A stretch of DNA of 64,000 bases from Rhynchopus sp. YZ270_cl-10. Taxonomy: Eukaryota. How positions within the stretch are numbered: the stretch's first letter is position 1; each line of letters begins with the position of its first letter. The notes below the pieces were generated by a model. That model worked only from the letters and a program-made list of their open reading frames with translations, searched no databases and was not told the origin of the DNA. The stretch covers positions 1,240,001 through 1,304,000 of the forward strand of contig OZ037839.1 of assembly GCA_964035575.1 (NCBI GenBank), written 5' to 3'. Below, piece by piece: positions 21,126 to 31,600 of the stretch. A program made the translations under genes and the position numbers.

Positions 21126-24100
21126 ATGTTAAAAACAACTTGCACCCTTCTCTTAGTACTATGTGTTACAGGCGAGGTGCCACCTCCGTCATCGAACGAG
21201 CCCTTTGAGTACAGCTCCTTTTCTGACACCTTTTCCGATGTTGTGGAAAGCTACAAGGCACGCGCCGTGCACGCCGTCAGCGACGACGTCGCGAAGTACA
21301 TGGACAGCATCGGCGTGACTGCCGTGGTGCACGACGTCCTCGAGTCGCACACTGCGCAGTACCTGAACAAAACGGCAGAAGGCATTGAGGCGATGATCGC
21401 ACACCTCTCCTCGACAGACATGCCACGCCTTGAGTCCAGGATCTCAGGTCTGGAGGAGAGTCTTTCTGGGACGCTGTCTGCTTTGGCGGGGCTGACTGAC
21501 GCTGTGAAGCACGCGGGCACTTTTGTTAATGCGGACCGGAGCGGGGAGGCACAGTCGGGGACGATTGGAGATGTTGTGGTTGTGACTGCGGGGTTGGGGT
21601 TGAAGGCGGCGGGGACGAAGGTGGTGGTTGGCGGGGAGGAGGTGGCGGCTTCTGCTTCGGCGGGGTTTCACTTTCAGTTTGGTGTGGATGTTGCTACGGG
21701 GAAGGATGCTGTGGTTGCGTTGGGTGGAGGGGCCTCTGTGGGGATGGGTGTTGAGGACACAACAACAACAACAAAGACAAAGACAAAGACAAAGACAGAC
21801 ACAGGGCTGCTGGAACGCCTCGACGCAGACCTCGACGCAACGTTGTCGGTCGACTTCACCTCCTCCACTGCGGCAGTGTCCGGGTTTGCATACAAAGTTT
21901 CGATCCGCCTCCCCTCCTTCACACACATCAAGTCAATCCACGTCCACCTCCGCCATCCAAACTGGGGCTGTCTCTCGGTGAACCCGAAAGCAATGTTCGA
22001 ACCGACGATGATCGGATGGGGGATGACGCTGTACGAAGGCGCTCCTTCGGGGCTTCTCTCAGGCGCGAAAGGGTTGTGGGCGGAGTTGAAGCTGGCTGCG
22101 GCAGAGGTGGCTGCGCTGAAGGGTTCTGCATGGGGGAAGGGGACCTATATGATTGGAGACTCACTGACGCTGGGAACAGCGAGCATCCCAAAGTTCGACA
22201 GTGCTGCGTGCTGGGTGGGACACTCCTCGACACACAACGCAGCAGGCGTGGTTGTGCACGATGCCGTGGGAAAGGTAACCGACATGGTGGCGTTTCTTGA
22301 GGCGACGGAGACGATGGTGCTGAAGGCACATTACACAGTACCCTTCTGCCTTGGGTCCTGCAGTGGGAAGGTCAGCACTGCGTCCTCTATCTCTGGAAAC
22401 GCGACCCTGAAGTTCACAGACGACCATGATGGAGGTGAGGTGGATATCTATGTGGACGGTGTGACCTTTGGCGGGACTGCGTCGGTGCTTGCTGCAACCC
22501 TGCCGACAGCGGCAAAGAACGTGTTCCTTGGGATGCTGACCCCCATCAGCCACCTTGGTCTTGGTGCGTCCTCGATCAAAGTGGTTGTGACGAAGGAGAC
22601 AGCGAAGCTTACCGCTGCAGGAAGCCCTGCATTGCCTACGGACACAAAGAGCAGTGCGTTTGAAGCCGTTCTGCGTACAATCTCGGATGCAGAGGTGGAG
22701 ATCAAAGCCAGCAAAAGCAGTGAGGTTGCGACCTTTGAGCTTGACATTGGGACAAAGCCGACGGATGGAAGCAAGATTGCGATTCGGAGCGAGGATGGGA
22801 AGGAAGGGTTCACGCTGTTTGCAAAGGCCGCAACGTCCGGCGAGCTTGATGTGGGTGTGTCGCTTCCGGTGCGCCTCTGTGTCGAGCACTGCGGCACCTC
22901 GTCGGCACGGTTCCTCTACCTCCTTGGCGACCTTGAGGTGTCCTTGAGTGGCGAGGAGCAGGTGGTCGAAGGCGGGCTGGTGATGGACGGCTGGTGGAGC
23001 GAAGCCTTTGGGATCCCCTTTGTCAACATTGCGGACATCAAACTGGGCCTTGCCATGAACCTTGAGACCATGGTGCCCACGAAACTCGACATTGGCGGCA
23101 CGGTCTGCCTGGGCACGTGGTCGGACTGCGAGCACAAAACCGGGACCTACATCGAAGCGCGCGCGTACGTTGGCCTCGACATTGATGCGCCTGAGAAGAG
23201 CTACTACATCACCATGGTCAGCAAGCTCACTGTCGGGGAGATCTTTGGCCTCATCGGTGAATACTCGCCATTTGTCAAAAAGCTTGACATTGCACGTAAC
23301 GCACCTTTCCTCGCCGAGTCAGGGATATATCCCTTCAGCCCCGACGCTGCGTGCTCCACGACAGCCACAGCCACAGACACACCACCAGCATCAGTAGACC
23401 TCTCATGCTATGCGTACATGTCGTTCAACGGCGAAGGCAGTGCGAAAACGATTAGCTTCCGCGACGGCGACGTGGTGATCCCGAACGGCATCGCCTTTTC
23501 GGGTAAGATCGACTTCTTTGGATGGAAATTTGGTGTCCAGGCAAGCGTGTCGGAGTCTGCTTTTGACATCAAGGCGGAGATGGATAAGGTGGACATTAAA
23601 ATCGGGGCGACAAGCATCATTGAGATTGGGAAGTACTTGGACGGGTCGGAGGTGAAGGGTGGTGCGACCTTCCATGTTGCTGCGGACAGCAAGAAGGGGG
23701 ACATCTTGGTCGGCGTCTATGGTGCGTTCTCGATTCCCGTGTTGCGTTCGTATGGGGAGCTGCAGCTGACGCTTGACAAATCGACGTTCCGGTTCGAAAC
23801 TGATATGCACCTGTTTGATGGCGCGCTGACCTCGAAGACCCTTGTCGAATGGAACTGGGACCTGACGTACTTCAAGGCGGAGCTTTCGGACATCAGCTTC
23901 GCGGACATCATTGTTGTGAAGGATGTGCACTTTTCGTACGACGAGAAGGCATCGTCCGTCGACTTTGGAGTGAAGATTTCGGTGCTGCGTCTCATCTCCA
24001 TTGCGGCAGAGCTGCGCATCACCGGGAACACCATCGCCTTCGATGTGTCTGCGGACCTTGCACTCATCGCAATAGATGTGTCAGGGACTGCGCAGATTGC

Positions 24101-26144
24101 GACCCCCTTTTCAGACTCATCGTTCCATCTTCATGTTAAAATCGAGCCCGGCGGCGTGGCGAAGGAGATCGGCAAGGTTGCGAAGGCTGCTGTGGAAGCC
24201 ATTGGGAAGGCGGCGGTCGCGGTCTGGGACGGGCTGAAGAAGGGTGTGGAGGTTGCTGTCGCTGCAGTGAAGCACGTCTTCGCGACTGCGCTGAAGTACC
24301 TGGCGAAGGGGTTTGACGCTATGGTGCACGGTCTTGAGGATGTGGTGCACTTTTTGGAGAAGATCCCGATTTTGGGGGACCTTCTGAAGGACATTGGCCA
24401 TGCGATATCTCAGGTGTGGAACTCTGCCTTTGGGTCAACGTCGTCGTCGCACATTGTGACAGAAAGCCACCGGAATGAGTATGGGTGTCGGTACCAGTAT
24501 GTGCGGACGAAGACGTGCCACCACTTTCTGTTCTTCACAACATCGTGCCACTACCACAACGGTGCGCGCTATGCTGACAAGCTGTGCATGGTGGAGGTGG
24601 GGATCAATGCGCAGAAGGTGCGTCTGCAGTCGCTCAAGGCACAGCTCCTGCAGGGCCACCTGAAGGCGTCGCAGGCACGCAACAAAGGGCTGCACGACTT
24701 TGTGAAGGGTGCAACCCTGCCCGACCCTGTCGTGGAGCCGTACGTGGCAGACTTCCCTATGCACGCGACGATGCCTGTAGAGTTTCCCGCAAAGGTGACG
24801 TTGCCGAAGCTGACCTCGAATGGGATTGAGCATGGGCAAGCGATGCACTCCAGTGTGAAGCTTGATCTCAGCTCCGAGGATTCACTGCACGCAAGCAGCA
24901 CGTCGGGCACAGCAGGGCTCGCCAAGCACGCCGCAACCTTCGTGTCCAACCATGAAGGCAACAGCGGTGAGATGTCCAGCTCCGAACGCTCGCGGATCCA
25001 ACGTGAGATCTCCGAGGCGATGCAAAAGCTGCAGGAATACGTCGGGGAGGAGGTCACGCTTGTCCGTCACCACATCAGCAGCCACAGCGAGGCTGCGCTT
25101 GGACGGGACGCAACCCTTCTGGCGGCGAACGTAACAGATGATGGTGATGGTGATGATGCTGATGCTGATGCTGAAGACTTCTTCCCTGTCCTGACACCAC
25201 CTGTCCTCGCACACACCAACCCCGTTTCCATCAGTGAGTGCACAGATGTTGATGAGGCTTTGGACGCACAGAAGCCACAGTTCGAATACATTGACAAACA
25301 CTGCCGTGGCAAGGACGCCTTTGTGTTTCTTGCGGGGATTGAGATGGCCGACAGCTTCGACACCTGCCGCTATGCTGCGAAGGAGCAGGTCACGTGGCGC
25401 GGTGTGGATGCCTGCGGTGAGGAGGGTGTTCCGCTGACGACGACGCTGTACCGCACGCACACTGCGCCTGTCTTTGTGCAGGTCCCTGGCCTGTACACTG
25501 CGGCGTCTCTTACGGAGGACGTTTCGCCCCGTGTTGCTGGGCAGGCTGGTGCATACTCCCCTTGCGGCAATGATGTGGACATCAGCTACACAGACAGCAC
25601 AGTGCGGCAAGGGGTGGGAGCGTTCTGGGTCTTGGAGAGGACATGGACTGCATCGCTGCGCCTGCCTGGCTGCAGCGAGGTTCCGTCCGTCTCGCAGACA
25701 CAGACGATTGTCATTGGCATGTCCGGGGCCGTGGCCGCCTCTGTACCGCAGCTGCGTCTTGGGGATGCCAGTGCGAACACACCGGTGCGTGTGGCCTTCC
25801 GTTCTGGGGGCTACCTCGAGCTGGAAGACAGCGTGGTGCACGCAGTGTGGTGCATGAAGCAGGGTGGCGATGTGTGGGGTTTCAGCAGTGGTGGCTGTCA
25901 TCTGGGTGTGGGTGACGGTGGGCGTCTTGTTTGTGTGGGTGGTGACGACGCAGGTGCCAAGATAGTGCTGGCAGAGGGAGGGCGCAAAGACATGGGCGGT
26001 GCCACTGCCGAGTTTCTGCACATGCAGGTGGGTGAATGGTGCGTAGGAGTGGACCCTTCAACAGCAGTCGTGGCGCTGATGTCGTGCACCAGCCCGCACA
26101 GCGACCTCTCTCTTGAAGTGCAGGACAAAGTGGGGTCGTGCTGA
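21126..26144 (+). CDS. Large secreted protein of unknown function (1672 aa): beta-rich core, amphipathic helices, HYR-like repeats, possible lectin-like C-terminus
   Basis: 5-kb intronless ORF with coding-like composition; signal-peptide-like MLKTTCTLLLVLCVTG; TWRGVDACG and ERTWTAS...QTQTIVI motifs; domain calls by eye. Confidence 0.8.
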   Translation: MLKTTCTLLLVLCVTGEVPPPSSNEPFEYSSFSDTFSDVVESYKARAVHAVSDDVAKYMDSIGVTAVVHDVLESHTAQYLNKTAEGIEAMIAHLSSTDMPRLESRISGLEESLSGTLSALAGLTDAVKHAGTFVNADRSGEAQSGTIGDVVVVTAGLGLKAAGTKVVVGGEEVAASASAGFHFQFGVDVATGKDAVVALGGGASVGMGVEDTTTTTKTKTKTKTDTGLLERLDADLDATLSVDFTSSTAAVSGFAYKVSIRLPSFTHIKSIHVHLRHPNWGCLSVNPKAMFEPTMIGWGMTLYEGAPSGLLSGAKGLWAELKLAAAEVAALKGSAWGKGTYMIGDSLTLGTASIPKFDSAACWVGHSSTHNAAGVVVHDAVGKVTDMVAFLEATETMVLKAHYTVPFCLGSCSGKVSTASSISGNATLKFTDDHDGGEVDIYVDGVTFGGTASVLAATLPTAAKNVFLGMLTPISHLGLGASSIKVVVTKETAKLTAAGSPALPTDTKSSAFEAVLRTISDAEVEIKASKSSEVATFELDIGTKPTDGSKIAIRSEDGKEGFTLFAKAATSGELDVGVSLPVRLCVEHCGTSSARFLYLLGDLEVSLSGEEQVVEGGLVMDGWWSEAFGIPFVNIADIKLGLAMNLETMVPTKLDIGGTVCLGTWSDCEHKTGTYIEARAYVGLDIDAPEKSYYITMVSKLTVGEIFGLIGEYSPFVKKLDIARNAPFLAESGIYPFSPDAACSTTATATDTPPASVDLSCYAYMSFNGEGSAKTISFRDGDVVIPNGIAFSGKIDFFGWKFGVQASVSESAFDIKAEMDKVDIKIGATSIIEIGKYLDGSEVKGGATFHVAADSKKGDILVGVYGAFSIPVLRSYGELQLTLDKSTFRFETDMHLFDGALTSKTLVEWNWDLTYFKAELSDISFADIIVVKDVHFSYDEKASSVDFGVKISVLRLISIAAELRITGNTIAFDVSADLALIAIDVSGTAQIATPFSDSSFHLHVKIEPGGVAKEIGKVAKAAVEAIGKAAVAVWDGLKKGVEVAVAAVKHVFATALKYLAKGFDAMVHGLEDVVHFLEKIPILGDLLKDIGHAISQVWNSAFGSTSSSHIVTESHRNEYGCRYQYVRTKTCHHFLFFTTSCHYHNGARYADKLCMVEVGINAQKVRLQSLKAQLLQGHLKASQARNKGLHDFVKGATLPDPVVEPYVADFPMHATMPVEFPAKVTLPKLTSNGIEHGQAMHSSVKLDLSSEDSLHASSTSGTAGLAKHAATFVSNHEGNSGEMSSSERSRIQREISEAMQKLQEYVGEEVTLVRHHISSHSEAALGRDATLLAANVTDDGDGDDADADAEDFFPVLTPPVLAHTNPVSISECTDVDEALDAQKPQFEYIDKHCRGKDAFVFLAGIEMADSFDTCRYAAKEQVTWRGVDACGEEGVPLTTTLYRTHTAPVFVQVPGLYTAASLTEDVSPRVAGQAGAYSPCGNDVDISYTDSTVRQGVGAFWVLERTWTASLRLPGCSEVPSVSQTQTIVIGMSGAVAASVPQLRLGDASANTPVRVAFRSGGYLELEDSVVHAVWCMKQGGDVWGFSSGGCHLGVGDGGRLVCVGGDDAGAKIVLAEGGRKDMGGATAEFLHMQVGEWCVGVDPSTAVVALMSCTSPHSDLSLEVQDKVGSC

Positions 26145-26568
26145 TGGAACCATTTACTTTGAAACACATGTCAAATAAATAGAGGTGGGTGAAAATACAT
26201 AAAACGTTGAGTCAAGGATTGCAGACAAGCCTTTGAGTGCAATAGCCTTGGGATGAGATTTGGGTATACATCTCGGTTGTCTCACTAATACAACAATGTT
26301 CTTTTCTTTTCTTTTTTATTTTTTTGCAAAATAAAAGCAACACGCAGCGTTCAATGTACAGAATCTGTTTTAGTTTTAAATAAACAGGTGCTTGTAGACA
26401 TTCAAAACGCGTCTATTTTTTCTTTTCCTTTTTCCTTTTTCAAGAAAGGGGTCGCAAGAAACCGCTTTCTTTGTCTTTTATTTTGCTCCTTTTTTATTTT
26501 TTTTTTTGTGAGTTTGGGTACATTTAGTGCACCCTATTATACCTTCTATTCAGTAGAATAGAAAGTAT

Positions 26569-27036
26569 ATAATAACTATTTATTCGAGTGAAATAAGAAC
26601 CATTTTATTTCACGCGCCACTAAAAAGGTGCCCGAGTGCGTTATTTCCCGAGCGAAGCGAGGGGAATAAGAGTCACGAGGGTGCCTTTTTAGTGGCAAGT
26701 GCAAGAAAATGTTCTTATTTCACTCAATATGTAATTTTATTCCACAAGTGAAAAACGTATTTATGGTCGTAACTGGCCTAAACGTTGAGCCTAGCACCCA
26801 CTTTTCACTTTCACGCTTTTTGGGGTAAAATCACGAACAAAAACAGCGTGAAAAAAAAAATATTTTATTTGCAAAGGCATTTTGCAGGCATTTTTTTTTT
26901 TTTTTCACTCCGTGATATTTTATTTCACTCTCCGGGTTACCCTAGTGCAATTTGCGTGAAATAAAACGAATCTTATTTCACTCACTTTTTAGGCCAGTTA
27001 CGACCATAAAACGTTTTTCACGCGTGGTATAAAATA
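26569..27036 (+). mobile_element. Crypton-like non-autonomous element
   Basis: First ~195 bp are a near-identical reverse complement of 45425-45628; palindrome centred on CGAGCGAAGCGAG; internal inverted repeat ~26735-26780 / ~26990-27036. Confidence 0.65.
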
Positions 27037-27860
27037 ATTTTTTACGTTTTTCCCCCCCTTTTCTTTTCTTTTCTTTTCTTTTAAGGTGACTAAGCATGAG
27101 AGACTTAGGATCATCTTATAAACTTTTCTTTTCTTTTCTTTTCTTTCCCCCCCTTTTTTTTTGATAACGTAGTTGTAAAAGTCATCACACCATTGTCACA
27201 TCAGTGGCGCATAGGTGCATGAGTGGTGTCTTTGCATCGTTCAGATATCCCGCCTCGCAGAGGAAGCGCACCACATCTACCTCATGGCGCTGCATCAGCA
27301 GCCCCAGGTTTGTCCTAGGGGGGTTGGTGCGCGGGATTGTGGGGTTGCTGCATCAGGAGATGATATGGCGGAGCGAAGCCTCGTGGTGCATCGTGGGCAG
27401 TACGCAGTCCTGTCCGGGTGCAGGCACCCCCCCTTTTTTTGAATTTCAGTTTTTTTTTTGCATTTATTGTGTCAGCCTGTACAACAGTTGTATTGAAATC
27501 CCCTGCACACTATTGTTTAAAGGTGACGAAGCAAATATTATGCTTGGGATTATCTTACAATTTTTTTTTTATTGTCTTTTCACCCCCTCATTGGATCAGC
27601 AGCATTCAAAAATAGTTGCTTGCAGGCGCTGTGTGGAGACACATCGCCTCGATCCCCCACCTCTTATATCTCTCCCCTTCCCTTCCTCCCCTTCCTCCCC
27701 CTCCCGGGAAGACACATTACAATTTCTACTTTATCTTTCTTTTCAAATAAACCCCTCCCGGGAAGTTCCTCATTTCTCCTTCTCCCTTTTTCTTTCTTTT
27801 CTTCAGTTTTCTTCAGACCCAATGTTGGACATGCCCTTGCATGCCAATCCTTTTCCCCGC

Positions 27861-27900
<40 letters not shown>

Positions 27901-28019
27901 TTCTGTCGGCCAGAGGCTTTTATCCTAGGAGACCTATTGCGGTTAACGGTAGTGTTGCTGAGTCTTAACGAGCAGTGGTATAAACTACAGTTCGGACTTT
28001 TTGCTGAGATGTAAATCAC

Positions 28020-28110
28020 AAAATGGATTGTAGGACTGCATGGTTGGGGTGTCCACCCCCCTACAGCCGGTCATACCAAGGTACACTGTTCATGAGATGG
28101 CTTTTGTGTT
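28020..28110 (+). repeat. Short dispersed repeat AAATGGATTGTAGGACTGCATGGTTGGG(G)TGTCCA..., also at ~28540-28605 and ~63336-63410
   Basis: Three copies seen in the window with a near-identical ~35-nt core. Confidence 0.8.
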
Positions 28111-28675
28111 TTGACACTACTGTTTGCTCGATTTTTTGGTCTTAGATAGAAGCTTCCTGCGGCTGAGGTAGTCAAAATGGGAGAGTATTGTGAGTAATAC
28201 CGATATTAACCCAGAATATGTATTACACACCTTACGCACATACAAACTAGTGTTTTTTTTTTTTTAACAGGCGGGCTTAATCTTCAACGTTTCTTCCTCA
28301 TTATGTAAAGAGAAAAAAAAATGCCTGCTACAGTAGTCTTTGATTAACGCAAACTTTCGCCCAAATTAGCGACTCAGGGTTTGTACTCCTCCTCTGTTGC
28401 CTCTCACACACTACGAAACGGGCAGAGGATCCTTACCGGACATATTATATGGGATTCATCCTTGGTGTTTGCAATGATCTCCGTTCCTCTGATGAGTGGA
28501 AGCGGGAGTAGCACATTATCAGATGCAAACCCACGGAAAAAATGGATTGTAGGACTGCATGGTTGGGGTGTCCAACACGGTCATTACGAGAAGGCTTTTG
28601 TATTTTAAATCCAACTTTTTTTTTTTCACCTCCCTCTCAGCACCCCCCCTTTCTGCACCTCTCCCTTTGTTACAC

Positions 28676-31600
28676 ATGGCAACACGGCATCGTACTGCCG
28701 ATGTCGTAACGTCCGAGACGAAGAGCACGGGGTTCCGCAGCCTGCCTTTGAGTGATGCAGTGAAGGAGGGGTTGGGGCTGGCGGGGTACACTCACCCGAC
28801 GCCCATCCAACTGAAGGCAATCCCGATAGGTCTCCTTGGCGTGGACATGGTAGTGAAGTCAAAGGCGGGTACGGGGAAGACTCTCATCTTTGCTGTGCTT
28901 GCGTTAGAAGCTGTGGACACAAAGAGCGCGCTCCCGCAGTCTATTACAATAACCTCCACGCGAGAGATCGCACTGCAAATCGCGAGCGTCATCGAGAAGG
29001 TCGGGAGCAACACGCCAGGCCTCGCTTGCCACACCTTCATTGGGGGCACCGCGCTTCGCGAGGACAAAACAAAGCTCAAAAAATGCCACATCGCTGTCGG
29101 CTCTCCAGGGCGCATCAACGGCCTCATTGAGCAGTCTCTGCTCTTCACCAGTATGCACACACACCCTCCCCCTCTCCTTCCTCTACAGGATTTTTTTTTA
29201 TTCCTGGTAGCAATTATTGCACGGAATACTTTACGTATACACGGCAGCCATCAAGACCAAGACTCTTTAGGTTACTCTTCCTCCTGGTGATCAGACATTA
29301 CATCCAGTAAGGACAGAGAAAGGAATAAGAAAAAAGAAAAAAAAAACTTTTGTATTTTGTGTATTCCCGAAACAAAAAACTGAAGTAGAAGGTACCAAAT
29401 GTTCACACGAACATCGGTTTCACGATATTCACCCACCATTTAAAGGGAAATCACTGAAGATGTCCACCCTTTTGAATACAACTGTATGATTCTTAGGACT
29501 GAAACAGGGTTAATATCAGAAACCAATCTACTGAAGTTTCAACTTGTGCACGAAGCATTTTACTTTTCTTTTCTACGTTTTGCAAAACACACACCATAAA
29601 AGGAAAGATGGGACCATTTTTGTTGATCCCTCACCATATACTATCAATTTATTGATTGCATATGATGAAAATACTTTTTATTTACAAGTGCCTCCAGACA
29701 TGCTGTGAAAAACTGAGAGTATGTTGCGGAATGGTCTCTAGTACATTAGCCCTAAAAAGCTAAACACATAGTGCAAACTAGTTTATATTTATAGATATAT
29801 TCTACTGCTGCACTATGCTTTGTTTACTCATAATTACAAAGGAGTTAACAGAAAGTCGAAGCACACAATACAGCTGTCCTGTGAACTTCGCACTACACCC
29901 CACCCCCTCCCTACCTCTTTGAAACAGTCAAAAAAGAAATCAAAAAAAAAAAAAAAAAAAAAAAAAACAGCAGAAAAAGAGACCAGAGCTCGCGCTAAAG
30001 TCCATCCCTCATCCCGGGATTTTTGGGGGTTTTGGTAGGAACGTTTTTTTTTTGCAGTACGGGGATTTCATTAAGAAACCAGAAGTTCTAATATTGTTGA
30101 GTAAGACCACCACATAGTGGACTTGCATATACATGTGACCCCGCCGTGGAACGCAATTGGCTCGGAAAGCCAAAAGAAAGAGGAGAAAAAAAGAAAAGGA
30201 AAAAAAAAAAAAAAAAGTTGGTTACCGTGCGCCTGCGGCGCTGCCTGTTCCCTTCCAGTTTCTACAGGCAAACACTTGCCCCCTTTACCTTACACTGACG
30301 GGTTTTGACCAAAACCAAGAACTTGTCCATTTCGGCAAATTGACCCCACCACAGAACGGACGAATTCCGGAAATGCAAATGCCGGTGTTTTCGCGCATTT
30401 TCATGTTGCAAGACGTCAGGATCAGGGAGAGAAAATCTGGTTGTGGGATTTACATTGGCCCTCTTTACCCACATGGATTTTGACCAAAACCAAAAAATTG
30501 GCCATTTCGGCAAAGTGACCCCACCACAGCGCGGACGGATTCCGGAAATTCCAATCGCGGTATGTTTTGGGGCTGAAAACCCACTGATTTTCAGGAGAAA
30601 AATTGCTTCCAAATCTCGGAATTTTCCGAATTTTCCTGAAAATGACCCTTGTTTATGAGTATGGGTTCATATTTTGCGAAAATTTAAGTCACTAAAATTT
30701 TGTCCATTTTTCCGTATATACCCCACCACAAGCCGGGATTGGCCCGGAAATGCCACAAAACGGGGTTTCCGGGCCTCCCCAGCTAACCTTTTCGAGGAAC
30801 GTTTTTCCGTACCCGAAATCCATTTTTTCCCCATTTTTCCCCATAATTAGCGCGACCACTGAAAGAGACCAAAAAAAAAAATGATATAATAACAGGGAAG
30901 TTCCTAAGTGGGACCGAGAACATGAAATTCTGGATTTTAGTTTTTTTTTCCTTTTTTTTTTTCCTTTTTTTCCTTAGGGGGCTTTCTTGTGGTTTCTGGT
31001 GGGTTTCACTGTAGGTGACACACCACCAGTGTGGTGAAATGGTCGAAACTCTCAAAAGCAAGAGTTTTCAGGGGGCAAGAAAAAAAAATTGACAACAAAA
31101 TCCTTCACTGTCCAGGGCTGTACCCCCAATTTTTTTTTTGCCTGCGGCGCCATTTTTCATTTTTTGCTCTGCAAAAAAGGGTTCGTTGGAAGCTAGATTT
31201 TTACACTGTACTCAAATTTTTTTGCCTGCGGCGCCATTTATATTATTTTTTGCTCCGCAAAAAGAGAAGTGCAACGCCTCACCGTTCATCGGCGGAAGCA
31301 CTGGTTCCACGGGTTATCGAACCCCAGAGAGCACTTCATTGGCATGCACGCGGTTACCGCGAGGGAGCGTGTATGCAGGTACAAAATCACTGCCCCATCC
31401 AAATAATATTCCCAACGTCTTTGGGGATCCCCTTGCATTTTGCAGCCAAAAATGCAACTAGACCAAAGCAAAAAGTTCCGCGCGAGTGTAGCGCGCCCGG
31501 GTTTGGGACCCCTTTTTGAATTTCGAGGGGCGGTTAAAGTGGGCCCAGAATCACAGTTCTGACACTCATTTAGCATTGTGAGCAACTCACTAGTGGTCGT

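Noticed and set aside
27200..27425. GC-rich island that looks like an exon
   Set aside because: No frame gave a recognisable peptide or convincing splice partners
29455..29515. Hammerhead-ribozyme-like core CTGAAGA..GTCC/GGAC..GAAAC in the direct repeat
   Set aside because: I could not form stems I and III; an Infernal search would be needed
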